This document shows, one piece after another, positions 9,037 through 18,591 of a DNA stretch of 64,000 bases. Position numbers and translations under genes: made by a program. The notes under the pieces were generated by a model. That model saw only the letters and a program-made list of their open reading frames with translations. It ran no database searches and was not told the DNA's origin. The number at the start of each line of letters is the position of its first letter. Position 1 is the first letter of the stretch. Location of the stretch: positions 224,001 through 288,000 of IMG/VR virus record IMGVR_UViG_3300037467_003067. One strand, given 5' to 3'. The stretch is from a virus. Lineage: Duplodnaviria; Caudoviricetes.

Positions 9037-9354
9037 ATGAGCCAGAAGAAGAAGACGATCAGGGCAGAATTTCGCCGTTTGGTCTTGGATCGGGACGGCA
9101 ACCGTTGTCGCGTATGCGGCTGGAACGAAGATGTTGCTCTCCTCGATCCTCATCATATTCAAAATAGAAATTTGCTCCCCAACGGAGGATATGTCAAAGA
9201 AAACGGCATCTCAGTCTGTCCGAGGTGTCACATGAAGGCAGAAGTGTACCATCAGACCGGGACGCCTCTTCCCGGATTCTCGATGGAGGAATTGTATTCT
9301 TTGGTCGGCTCGTCGCTGGAGATGGCTACCAGGGCGAGCAAGAAATTAGGCTGA
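9037..9354 (+). CDS. HNH endonuclease
   Basis: RDGNRCRVCG..DPHHI..NGISVCPRCH. Confidence 0.85.
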   Translation: MSQKKKTIRAEFRRLVLDRDGNRCRVCGWNEDVALLDPHHIQNRNLLPNGGYVKENGISVCPRCHMKAEVYHQTGTPLPGFSMEELYSLVGSSLEMATRASKKLG

Positions 9355-9381
9355 TTTCGGAGTCCACCCCGTAAATAAGGG

Positions 9382-9840
9382 ATGGACTTCAAGAATTGGC
9401 TAGAAGCGGTTGGTCAGGTAACTCCCGAGCTTGACCAGGAGACTCTCGGGGTGTTATGGAACATCCCCGAGGTCATGAAGATGATCCGCAGCGGGATGTG
9501 GGACGGACAGAGCGAGCCGTACGACCATCAGAAGCGGATCATCCTCTCTGCCCTTGACCGGAACATCCGCCTCTTCAGTCAGCATATACGATCCCCGAGT
9601 GTCGCATCTTACTATGCTGACCCTTCCAATAATCAGCAAGCGACGGAGACCCTAGCTCGCATGAAGCGAGTCATGGATCGCCTACAGGGCAATCCTCAAG
9701 CCCCTGGTCGTCGCGGCACGATCAACAAGACACTGACCTGTCCTTACTGTCACTTTCCCGTGAAGACGCCTCTGGGAGCGATCAGGACTCGTTGTCCGAA
9801 TTGCCGCCAAGCCTTCTTCGCCAAGGAGGCTGGCATATGA
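9382..9840 (+). CDS. hypothetical protein with MDFKNWLE N-terminal tag and C-terminal zinc ribbon
   Basis: CPYC..CPNC; TAAATA 4 nt upstream of ATG. Confidence 0.7.
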   Translation: MDFKNWLEAVGQVTPELDQETLGVLWNIPEVMKMIRSGMWDGQSEPYDHQKRIILSALDRNIRLFSQHIRSPSVASYYADPSNNQQATETLARMKRVMDRLQGNPQAPGRRGTINKTLTCPYCHFPVKTPLGAIRTRCPNCRQAFFAKEAGI

Positions 9841-10385
9841 TGTTCAGGTTGTGGTTGGAGACGACCGAGAAGCGATCGGTCCTGGCACATATTGCGGGAC
9901 CTTCGGCATCGGGCAAGACGACCTTGGTGGACAAGATCAATCGGAATCATCGCCACGTGGTCGCCAAGGACCTGGACGACTTCGACGAGGCGGCACGCGC
10001 CATTTTAGGGTGGTCTAGGATCGATAAGAAGGACTACACCGCCAAGATGTTTGACGAGCTACACGCCAAGTGCCAGGAGTTGCTGGACGATTTCCTACGA
10101 AAGTCAGAGAAGCCGGTCGTGTTGTGCGGGCATGCGACTGAGGGCGACTGGAAATACGACCTTCCCAAGGATGCTAAGCGGTTCGTCCTGGATGTTGACC
10201 CCGAGGTGGTCGCCCAAAGGATATATGAACGTGGGATGAAAGGGGTTGGAGATCGGTTCAACAAAAAGGATCTCCCGGCGTTGGCAAGGGATGCCGCCAA
10301 GGAGATCCAAGACTTGCAGAAAAATGGGCATGAATTGAGGAAGGATCGAGAAATCCTGGGGTGGATTAAATCCAAAAAGCCTTAA
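9837..10385 (+). CDS. P-loop nucleoside/nucleotide kinase-like protein
   Basis: IAGPSASGKTT Walker A, DLDDF, RIYERG lid; N-terminal MMFRLWLE tag. Confidence 0.8.
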   Translation: MMFRLWLETTEKRSVLAHIAGPSASGKTTLVDKINRNHRHVVAKDLDDFDEAARAILGWSRIDKKDYTAKMFDELHAKCQELLDDFLRKSEKPVVLCGHATEGDWKYDLPKDAKRFVLDVDPEVVAQRIYERGMKGVGDRFNKKDLPALARDAAKEIQDLQKNGHELRKDREILGWIKSKKP

Positions 10386-10419
10386 TTGTCATTCGGGGCT
10401 TCAATAACATTAATGGGCA

Positions 10420-10572
10420 TCAAAAATCTTCCTTGTCAAATACCTGGGCAAAAATGGACCAGTTACGTTGGACCTCTCTCAAGAACTTGTTGTGTGACTG
10501 TTTCCATTCCTGGTACAGCCGCTCGTCCTCATCGGTCCAGCAATTTAGATTAGAATAGTCGATGGTCTTCAT
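10420..10572 (-). CDS. small hypothetical protein
   Basis: GGAG RBS before MKTIDY; abuts upstream gene. Confidence 0.5.
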   Translation of the reverse strand: MKTIDYSNLNCWTDEDERLYQEWKQSHNKFLREVQRNWSIFAQVFDKEDF

Positions 10573-10573
10573 G

Positions 10574-10993
10574 TTATTCTCCAGAAAAGGCTTCGATGAT
10601 CTTCCTGAGATGGGATAAGGTTTGTACAAGCCTAGACTCTTGGCATATTTGCCTATGTATATCTACCTTGATTTTATTTTCGTGAGAGAACTGGCTGGCC
10701 AGGTCTAAGGAATGAAACGTGACGACTGTACTCCTGGGGGGTGCGTCATCGTAGAATTTCACGTTGACAGGCGAATCTTTGTAGAATAAATTCAGGTAGT
10801 GATACTTTTTATCATGATTCATCGATGTGCCATCGACTAATTTATTCATGAGGGTTGGGTTGATTGTCGTGTCGCTCTTGAAGATGTATTCTTCCGGAGC
10901 ATTCTCGTAGGATCTGTGGTCGAGAGTCCAAAACATAGATTGGAATTCTTTAACCATTTCGTCGAGAAATGATTGTTTCGCGAACGTCAACAT
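10574..10993 (-). CDS. hypothetical protein
   Basis: 139-aa ORF in an overlapping minus-strand run, AGAGG RBS. Confidence 0.65.
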   Translation of the reverse strand: MLTFAKQSFLDEMVKEFQSMFWTLDHRSYENAPEEYIFKSDTTINPTLMNKLVDGTSMNHDKKYHYLNLFYKDSPVNVKFYDDAPPRSTVVTFHSLDLASQFSHENKIKVDIHRQICQESRLVQTLSHLRKIIEAFSGE

Positions 10994-11427
10994 GTTAAAT
11001 CCTCTAGAGTATCAAAAACTTGTACCTGAGACACCATGTATGCCAATTTCCATGCCGCAGTGATTTCCTGGTCATCAAAGAAATCACTGGCATGAAAATC
11101 AAGTTTTATTTCGGTGTTTTCAAAAATCCATTCTTCACAGATATTGCCGAAACCATCACGCTGAGACAATGTGGCTGTCTTGGTGCTGAGGACTTTCTTG
11201 GTCGCCTGATCGAATTCCTTGCAAGTCCCGCCAATGCCACCTGGAGTTGGAAAGGTCTGAGTAAATGAGATATTGCCCGGTAATGGGAATAGTCGACCTC
11301 CCACAGCCATGTTAGGCATATCGGGGCGATAATCCAGGATAATGCCCGATAGAGGGAATGTGGTATTTCCATGGGCATCTTTGCCTTCGAAATACCACCG
11401 CAACCTTGACTTAGTCGTGAAATTCAT
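10987..11427 (-). CDS. divergent tail-tube (gp19-like) fold protein
   Basis: RLRW..RP..LPG..TATLSQRDGFGNICEEWIFEN pattern resembles myophage tail tube proteins. Confidence 0.45.
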   Translation of the reverse strand: MNFTTKSRLRWYFEGKDAHGNTTFPLSGIILDYRPDMPNMAVGGRLFPLPGNISFTQTFPTPGGIGGTCKEFDQATKKVLSTKTATLSQRDGFGNICEEWIFENTEIKLDFHASDFFDDQEITAAWKLAYMVSQVQVFDTLEDLTC

Positions 11428-11939
11428 GCTTTGTATTCTTCCCATCGCATCAGCATCTTCATGATCCCGTGTTCGGGTACGCCGTGTGTCGTGGTCTCGG
11501 CGAAGACCTTAGCACACTTCTTGAGTTCGCTCTCTTGCCGCTTGCCTCGGAGCAAGGGCTTGACCTTATGCCACCACGGCGTGCCGGGTTCCCTGATCTC
11601 CACCGTGTAGCCGTATTTCTTCGCCAAATCTAAATAAAACTGAAAGTCGCGAATTCGAATATTAGTATTGTCGATGATCACGAGGTCGAGTTCGCATCGC
11701 ATCGCCGATTCTGCCTGCTGCTGACAGGATCGGTGGGCGGCTCCGATCTGATTGGGGTCGTATTTGTAAACGGTCTTAATGACCCCCGTGCCGTCCTCGA
11801 CAGGTCTAATGAAATAATTATCGGCTGAAGCGATCATCGCCTTCAGACCAGCCTGGGTGGCGTCGTAACACAGGGCTTGCGCCATGGTGCTTTTGCCAGC
11901 CCCCGGTACGCCCCTGCATACCAGCATACGCTTGCTCAT
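11424..11939 (-). CDS. AAA_33 / polynucleotide kinase-like P-loop protein
   Basis: RGVPGAGKST, SADNYF, VIIDNTN, HGVP. Confidence 0.88.
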   Translation of the reverse strand: MSKRMLVCRGVPGAGKSTMAQALCYDATQAGLKAMIASADNYFIRPVEDGTGVIKTVYKYDPNQIGAAHRSCQQQAESAMRCELDLVIIDNTNIRIRDFQFYLDLAKKYGYTVEIREPGTPWWHKVKPLLRGKRQESELKKCAKVFAETTTHGVPEHGIMKMLMRWEEYKA

Positions 11940-11951
11940 TGAAATATTCCT

Positions 11952-12176
11952 TTATCGCAGCTTATCCTTCAGAGCCCGGTCCATGATTTCCATCACTTCC
12001 TGGTACTCCTTGGATTCTCCAAAAGACGCCCGTTCTTCGGGTGTCTTGAACAACTTCCAGGCGATGCCGATACCCGGCGAGAAAATATGATTTCGTATCG
12101 TGTGAAGCCGAAGACAGGACGCATCCATGTTCCTCGCCTTCTCGACCACTGCCTTTAATTTTTGTTCAAAAGTCAT
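11952..12176 (-). CDS. hypothetical protein
   Basis: 74-aa ORF; TAAATA 5 nt upstream. Confidence 0.6.
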   Translation of the reverse strand: MTFEQKLKAVVEKARNMDASCLRLHTIRNHIFSPGIGIAWKLFKTPEERASFGESKEYQEVMEIMDRALKDKLR

Positions 12177-12184
12177 GATCGTAT

Positions 12185-12601
12185 TTACTGTGGTTCGTCT
12201 AAATTCTTAATTGGTCCCGGTTCGTAGGTCTTACCGGTCAATTCGTCAAGCTTTAGCCTGACCTCGGTAAGCTTCGTCAAAAGAGCCGATCTCTCCTTCT
12301 CCAATGCCTTAATTTTCTCTTGCTTGATCGACTCCTTGTCGATTTTCTTGACCTTGGGAATCTTGGCTGGCTCTACCGAGCCGCCACGACCCCACGAGAA
12401 GAAACCCTTCAGGGTAAGGGCATACTCCACTGCTTCCTCGTAGGTCCCTTCCACCAGTCCCAAATTAGGTCTAACATGAGGTCCGCTTAAATCTGCATTG
12501 GGGTCTTCGCCCTTGATCCGCCAGATCCCCTTGGTAGAAGGGGATCTCTGGGACAGCAACCGTCTTCGGATATCGTCAGACATAGAATCCTGCTTTCTCA
12601 C
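12185..12601 (-). CDS. hypothetical phage protein
   Basis: GIWRIKGEDPNADLSG..FFSWGRGG; coiled-coil C-terminus. Confidence 0.65.
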   Translation of the reverse strand: MRKQDSMSDDIRRRLLSQRSPSTKGIWRIKGEDPNADLSGPHVRPNLGLVEGTYEEAVEYALTLKGFFSWGRGGSVEPAKIPKVKKIDKESIKQEKIKALEKERSALLTKLTEVRLKLDELTGKTYEPGPIKNLDEPQ

Positions 12602-13275
12602 GCAACATCGACAACCGGTATCATTGAATCAATGGATGATTTAATAAATTCTTTGACATTAGAAGTTGTATTCATTTCGGAGGCAATTTTCGCATAATCG
12701 ATCTTCTTGTGGTAATCACAGAGGTCGATCCTGGCATAGGACCCCCACCGGCTCCCGAACTTCTTCTCCAACATCCTGAGTTGCTTGGAATACTGGCGAT
12801 ACATCCCCGTAGAAGCTTCGAGGACCGTACGCTCTTCCTGTGTGATCAGGTGTTCGCCGAGGAAGAACAGGTTGGAATGGGTTCCGGGAGAGATGACGTA
12901 GATCTCGCGATCCTTGGGAAGCGTGCTATTCCACTTGATGTTGTTGGTCTTGGCACTCTTGAAGTTCAGGGAAAACAGGCAATTCGATACCACCCAGAAG
13001 GCGTCGGGATTCGACTGCGTCCCGAACGGCTGGAAGCAGAACCCGTCCTCAAGACCAATCGCCGACCCGATCGCATCCTCGTAGTTGTTCCGGTCAATCC
13101 CGCAGGTCTCAAGGATGTAACGGAAGTTTCTCGGCACATACTCTTCGTATCCCAGGTCGATCAACATCGCGCGAGCGATATATTCCTGCGTCGAGATGTT
13201 CTTGGCGATCTCGGTATTCTTTACGTTGAGCTTAGTTAAGGAATCAACAAATTTAAAGGCTTTTTCAATAGACAT
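12598..13275 (-). CDS. putative type II restriction endonuclease (PD-(D/E)xK-like)
   Basis: QPFGTQSNPD..LNFKS..WNSTLP; directly downstream of an N6-adenine MTase. Confidence 0.6.
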   Translation of the reverse strand: MSIEKAFKFVDSLTKLNVKNTEIAKNISTQEYIARAMLIDLGYEEYVPRNFRYILETCGIDRNNYEDAIGSAIGLEDGFCFQPFGTQSNPDAFWVVSNCLFSLNFKSAKTNNIKWNSTLPKDREIYVISPGTHSNLFFLGEHLITQEERTVLEASTGMYRQYSKQLRMLEKKFGSRWGSYARIDLCDYHKKIDYAKIASEMNTTSNVKEFIKSSIDSMIPVVDVA

Positions 13276-13294
13276 ATTAATAGTTAATTCTAAC

Positions 13295-14497
13295 TTAAAG
13301 GGATTTTAAAGGGATTAGTTTTTCTAGTTCGGTCTTAGAAATCTGCGTATTGCCAGTGAGGCACTTAATGAGATCGGAAGTTTCACGCGAACGAAGTTGG
13401 TCACAAATATCGTTATAATATTTTATATCTTTACACTTATTATGGGTGATGACATTCACGTGGTTCTCGGCGAGGAACTCGAAATCCTCGTCCACCACCG
13501 CTGCCCTGAGTGTCCCGCCATTCACCTTGCCCGTAATCCTGTTGACCAGGATCGCTGGTCCTTTTTGTACGGCAAACTTGTTGCCATGCCGGAAGAACTG
13601 AGGCTTCTTATCCTTGGCAACGATCGCCCCGCTGTCGTCGATGTTGTGCGCCCAGACCAGGAATGAGGTGTCGTCTCCTCGCTCCGACGCCAGTCTTTCC
13701 TTGTGCTGGTTCCAGACGACTTGACCAGTCTTGACCTTGAATCCATAATCACTCAACGTCTCCTTGCCCTTGAAGGCTTGCTGGAGATGATGGGCGTCTT
13801 CCGAGAAGATCAAAAGGTCATCTTTCTGGAAGATATAACTATTCCGTTTGATTCCTTTCTGGAGGATCAAAACCATGACAGATTGTTGGGCGTCCTGGAA
13901 GGCGTCCGACGAGTAGACTTTCAGGAAGTAAATCCCGGCTTGGTCCACGATGTACTGACGGAGTTTGCGGAAGTAGGCTCCGTTATTCATCGAGGGCGGG
14001 ATGACGAATGCCAGGTAGCCCCCTTCCTTCAGGGCATCCAAGCCGACCTTGAGGAAGAGCGAATAGATGTTCGCCCTCCCCGAGATCACGTCGGAAAAAC
14101 GGTCCTGAAGGGTTTCCTCAAGGTCGTACATTTCGAAGTACGGCGGGTTGCCGACCACGAGGTCGTAATGGTCCTTGGGGAATTCGCTCCTCAGGGTGTC
14201 TGTGTTTTGGACCGATACATTGGGGTTGTTTCCGAATCGTTCTTTTAAAATATGACAGAGGTTTGGATCGATTTCGGTTGCATCTACCAAGGCATCGGGA
14301 TAGAGGTCTAAAAGGTCCTTGACGAACTCACCAGTCCCAGCGGATGGCTCCCATATCCTCGGTTGTTCGAGGGCGGGAAGCCGCTCAGTAATCTCTTGTC
14401 TCAATGACTTCTTAGTGAAATACTGACCTAATTCTTTCCGGTGGGAAAGGGTCGTATTCTGATAGTAAGAAAGCGAATAATTACTTAGCTCGGACAT
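13295..14497 (-). CDS. N6-adenine DNA methyltransferase, gamma class (TaqI/Eco57I-like)
   Basis: GQYFT, EPSAGTGEF (motif I), GNPPY (motif IV), C-terminal TRD. Confidence 0.92.
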   Translation of the reverse strand: MSELSNYSLSYYQNTTLSHRKELGQYFTKKSLRQEITERLPALEQPRIWEPSAGTGEFVKDLLDLYPDALVDATEIDPNLCHILKERFGNNPNVSVQNTDTLRSEFPKDHYDLVVGNPPYFEMYDLEETLQDRFSDVISGRANIYSLFLKVGLDALKEGGYLAFVIPPSMNNGAYFRKLRQYIVDQAGIYFLKVYSSDAFQDAQQSVMVLILQKGIKRNSYIFQKDDLLIFSEDAHHLQQAFKGKETLSDYGFKVKTGQVVWNQHKERLASERGDDTSFLVWAHNIDDSGAIVAKDKKPQFFRHGNKFAVQKGPAILVNRITGKVNGGTLRAAVVDEDFEFLAENHVNVITHNKCKDIKYYNDICDQLRSRETSDLIKCLTGNTQISKTELEKLIPLKSL

Positions 14498-14528
14498 GAT
14501 TTATTTATTATACCATTTATTATGATTG

Positions 14529-15929
14529 TTACAAGGTCAAAAACCCAGAGATCAGATTTTCTACTTGATCGCATTGGTCATATTTTATTTCTAGGAATCG
14601 TATGTTGTTTTCGTGACAAAATTTCTTCTTTATAGCATCTCGAAGTTGAATTTTCCTCAAACCTTCTGACCCTTTCCAGGCATCGATTGGTTCATAGTGT
14701 TGTATACCTTGGTACTCTATCAGTCCAATTAGAAACCCTTCTTCATTGAAAATTGCGAAATCAAAAGGCAATGGCAGTATATTTTTACACTTGGGTATTT
14801 TATATTCTTCGGAATATGGAATTTGTTTACTATCTAAAAAATACTTTATTTTATTTTCACCTTTTGATTTACGGCAACAGGGGCAGCCTCTATTTCTAGA
14901 TGTTCTGCTGCCTATTGAAGCATGCCAATAATGAGTTTTTTCCTTGGAACACTTCCACCAGACCTTTATACCAGATCCAGCACTTACATTGGTAGGTTTA
15001 AAATCTCCATTTCTTTCCCAATCCCATTCTTCGCTTAGTTCTGGGTGGGTGGTTAAAAGGCAATTTGAATTTACCACCTGATGTCCACTACAGCAAGAAC
15101 ATCCATGGTTGAGAATTGCTATATTGTAGATTGCAGCTTTGTATCTGTGATCTGACTCTACATCGCACTTCCACCAAACTTTTCTAGGCGTCCTAGCAGG
15201 CACATCTTTAGGAGTCAATCCTTTATTTCTGTCAAAGTCCCATCTAGAAATCATGTCTGGGTGTGTTGTTTCCAAACAATTAGAATCATCTATCTTTTTA
15301 TTGACACAATATGGACAATTACTTCCGTTTGTTCTGTTTTTTACTTGGACTTCCCATGTATGATCTGAATTAATTCTACATTTCCAAAATACACGCTTAT
15401 CACTATGTGGAGTTACATCAAAAGGAGTAAATTCATTCTTATCGTAGTCCCATTCATCCAAAAGATCCGGACGCATTGTGGCAAAACAATTAGACCTAAC
15501 AACTTTATAACCTTTACAACAAGGGCATCCTATATTGTTGGTTGCAATCCCTCTAAGGACCGATACAGTTCTCGCTTCCCATTTATGATCGTCAGCCTTA
15601 TCGCATTTCCACTTGATCTTTTTATTTGAAGATCTTGTAACATCAAAAGGTGTAATCTCATTTTCTTCATGATCCCAAAACTCCAAAACCTCGGGATTAG
15701 TGGTAGCAACACAATTTGAAAACGAAGCCTTTTGCCCAACACAGAAAGGGCATTTGCTTTTTTGGTGAACTCGGCTATGCATAGAAGATTGCCAGCGATG
15801 GTCAAAAAATACATCACATTTCCACCATATTTTTTGACCATCTTTGACATGGGTTTCGCAAGGATTAATACCAGAGTTGGCTTCGTAGTCAAATTCAGCT
15901 AAGAGAGTTGGATAATTAGAAATTAACAT
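14529..15929 (-). mobile_element. free-standing putative homing endonuclease: tandem zinc-ribbon repeats plus C-terminal PD-(D/E)xK/Vsr-like domain
   Basis: About 5 repeats of EWD..N..P..V...S.KKVWWKC..H.W....R...CP.C; LPFDF..IEYQGIQHY; markedly AT-rich. Confidence 0.8.
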
Positions 15930-17353
15930 TAAAAATCTATCTCATCTTTAATTGTAACTTCATGTCCTTCTTCTCTGAGTATTTTCACTCTATGGACACT
16001 GTGCTTGGTTAGGTATTCATTTATATGAAAAAAGAAGTCGTAGTAATTTAAAACTTCTTTATCATTAGCTTTACGTAAGCCTCGTCCTAATCGTTGTATC
16101 AGAAGATGGTCAGCCTTACTTGAAGCACAACAAATTAGATTGTGTACAAATACATTGATACCAGCCGAGATAAGTTTCTGTTGAACTATACATACGCAAT
16201 TCTTAGACTTCTGTAAGAGTTCTATGACTTCCTTGCGAGAATCGGCATTATCTTTGCCAAAAACCCAATGAGATCCTGGAATGAGTTGATTGAGCATTTC
16301 ACCTTGAGCAACTCGCTCCACAATAATTAAGGTTCGACCTTTTAACTTCTTGGCTAATCGAGCAACGGTCTTATTGAAGTATATGCTTTCGGCTATTCCT
16401 AATGTCACAGCATCCATGTAGGTTTCATACGGAAGTTGCGGTTCGTCGATTGGATAGAAGACACAATTGGTCGGAGACAATGTTCCTCTTTCCTGAAGTT
16501 CTTTGGTGGTTAAAATTCTTCCCTGATATTTAACTACAGGACCAAAAAACCCTTTAGTCTCAAGTTTTTGACATTTATCGGTTTCTCCAAATTTGAAAGG
16601 AGTTGCCGATATGCCAACTCGAACTGAGGCTCGGGTCATTTGCCTATAGACATCCCTCGGCTTCTTGCTCATCATATCGTGGACTTCATCCACGATCAAG
16701 GCTCGGAAATGAGGCAGTAGGCTCTGGATCTTGTGAGTTGAATCGATGTTCGCGACGGTGATTATATTAGGGCAAAAATCCTTCTTCTTACTTCCTATAC
16801 ACTTGCCCAATCCTTCGAAACCCCAAGCGGCGATATCTTCGTATAATTGGTGGGTCAAATCCGTGGACTTGGTCATTACCAAGGTCGGAGTTTTAGGAGG
16901 TAAATTCTTTAATATCCCAACAAGCACCCAGGACTTACCTGCACCTGTCGGCGCACGAACAATACATCGCTTGGTCTTGGCAACTTGGTTGATATAATCA
17001 ACTTGGTAGTCATGTAAAGTAACAGGATTGCGACCCGGCTGGAGCCATTGGTTCAGGAATTGGTCGTCGATATTATCGGAAATAAACGAAATTATATCTC
17101 GTTCATCTATAATGTGATAAGGGACGGATTTAAATTTGAGTGCGAGTTGAATCTCAGGAAGGAGACCGGTCAAGAAACGACCAGTTTCTCTCTTGTAAAA
17201 ATCTATGTTGCCATCCCATTTCTTTTGTTTGTATAAAGGACTAAAGAAATAACCCTTCTGTTTGGCTCTCAGAGCCTTCCAGAGAAGCGTCTTCAGTTCC
17301 TCGTTATCGCTGTTTAACCAAGAATAATTATTTTGTAATTTTAATGTAGTCAT
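15929..17353 (-). CDS. uvsW: UvsW-like superfamily 2 helicase
   Basis: LHDYQ, APTGAGKS, DEVH, SATP, QRLGRGLR. Confidence 0.88.
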   Translation of the reverse strand: MTTLKLQNNYSWLNSDNEELKTLLWKALRAKQKGYFFSPLYKQKKWDGNIDFYKRETGRFLTGLLPEIQLALKFKSVPYHIIDERDIISFISDNIDDQFLNQWLQPGRNPVTLHDYQVDYINQVAKTKRCIVRAPTGAGKSWVLVGILKNLPPKTPTLVMTKSTDLTHQLYEDIAAWGFEGLGKCIGSKKKDFCPNIITVANIDSTHKIQSLLPHFRALIVDEVHDMMSKKPRDVYRQMTRASVRVGISATPFKFGETDKCQKLETKGFFGPVVKYQGRILTTKELQERGTLSPTNCVFYPIDEPQLPYETYMDAVTLGIAESIYFNKTVARLAKKLKGRTLIIVERVAQGEMLNQLIPGSHWVFGKDNADSRKEVIELLQKSKNCVCIVQQKLISAGINVFVHNLICCASSKADHLLIQRLGRGLRKANDKEVLNYYDFFFHINEYLTKHSVHRVKILREEGHEVTIKDEIDF

Positions 17354-17450
17354 AATTAACGCCCATTACTTGCGTCATTATACCATAGAAGGCACAACGA
17401 CACAAGTAATGGGCGGTGATATTTTATATTTTGGTCTAAATCAACAAATA

Positions 17451-17720
17451 TTACTGTCTGTTGAAGACCCTGATCGGATCGATAGAAGACGTGCCCTCGG
17501 AGTCAGTGACCTCACGCATACGGGTCGTAGTGCTGACAGGTTTTGTGTAGTAGATCCACTCGCCAGCGTCGGCGAATCGGTAGACCTTGACGCCATCGTG
17601 CTCGAAGAGCAGTTCAGCCGTATAGTCCTTGTTCGTGGTCTCGCCGACGGACTGCGCCTTTCTCTGGTCGCAACCGGTCAGCAGAAGCAACAGCATCGCA
17701 CCGCAAATCAGCTTCTTCAT
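17451..17720 (-). CDS. small lipoprotein
   Basis: Lipobox LLTGC; LLFEHDGVKVYRF. Confidence 0.75.
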   Translation of the reverse strand: MKKLICGAMLLLLLTGCDQRKAQSVGETTNKDYTAELLFEHDGVKVYRFADAGEWIYYTKPVSTTTRMREVTDSEGTSSIDPIRVFNRQ

Positions 17721-17730
17721 CTCAATTCCC

Positions 17731-18591
17731 TCAGTTGGAGTGATCGGACATCAAAAGAGTCAAACACTTGCAGGCACCACCCGACTTCATGAACTGGTCC
17801 ATAGGCGTACTGTACGTCTTGAACCCGTAGAACGTCGTCAGATGGCTTTCGACGGCTTCACAGCCGCTCGGGAGGATGACGTGGATGGAATCTCCATCCC
17901 GCATCGCTACCGCATTACAGGCGAACCGCTTCGCTTCTTGGTCATCGACCGGGACGAATCGGAATCCCGGAGCGTTCTTCGGAACATCCGTCGTCGGGAG
18001 TTTGATCTTGCTAAACGAGTTCAGGGTCTCGGGCGAGAACGCTCCGGGGTGATACAAGATCGTGTCATCGTCCAGCGGACAGAAACACGTATCGAGATGG
18101 TAGAAGTAAGGATCAATCAGGTCGCACAAAATCAAACTACGAAGTCCCAAGAAATCCATGATATCATGGGCGACTCGCTTATTGGTCCTGAATCCAGTCC
18201 CTAGGAACAAGGTGTCCTTGACCACGAAGGCATCCCCAGCACCTTCGAAGTGGACCTCTGGTACGAAGACATCATATCCCTGGTCCTGGAAGAACTTCTT
18301 GAAGTGCTTTTCCTCCTGCTGGCGTTCGGCGTGCTTGAACCGAGAAAGTACGACTTTGTTGTTGTGGAAGAGACCGGCGTTGGCTGTGAAGCAGAGGTCG
18401 GGGAGGTTGGGAATCGGTTCGACATATTCCACGTAGCTACCCAGCCGTAGGATCAAGTGATGGAGGTCGATCCACTGCTTGATTGCGGCGGCGTTGTTGG
18501 GCTTATTCTTCTCGGGGTCCATCCAGGGGTTGATGGTGTAGGTCACATCGAAGTAACTCGGACGGCACATCAAAAGCTTACGATTAAACAT
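17731..18591 (-). CDS. amidinotransferase / dimethylarginine dimethylaminohydrolase family protein
   Basis: INPWM, PDLCFTANAG, FEGAGD, YHLDTCF, FACNA, KSGGACKCLT. Confidence 0.92.
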   Translation of the reverse strand: MFNRKLLMCRPSYFDVTYTINPWMDPEKNKPNNAAAIKQWIDLHHLILRLGSYVEYVEPIPNLPDLCFTANAGLFHNNKVVLSRFKHAERQQEEKHFKKFFQDQGYDVFVPEVHFEGAGDAFVVKDTLFLGTGFRTNKRVAHDIMDFLGLRSLILCDLIDPYFYHLDTCFCPLDDDTILYHPGAFSPETLNSFSKIKLPTTDVPKNAPGFRFVPVDDQEAKRFACNAVAMRDGDSIHVILPSGCEAVESHLTTFYGFKTYSTPMDQFMKSGGACKCLTLLMSDHSN

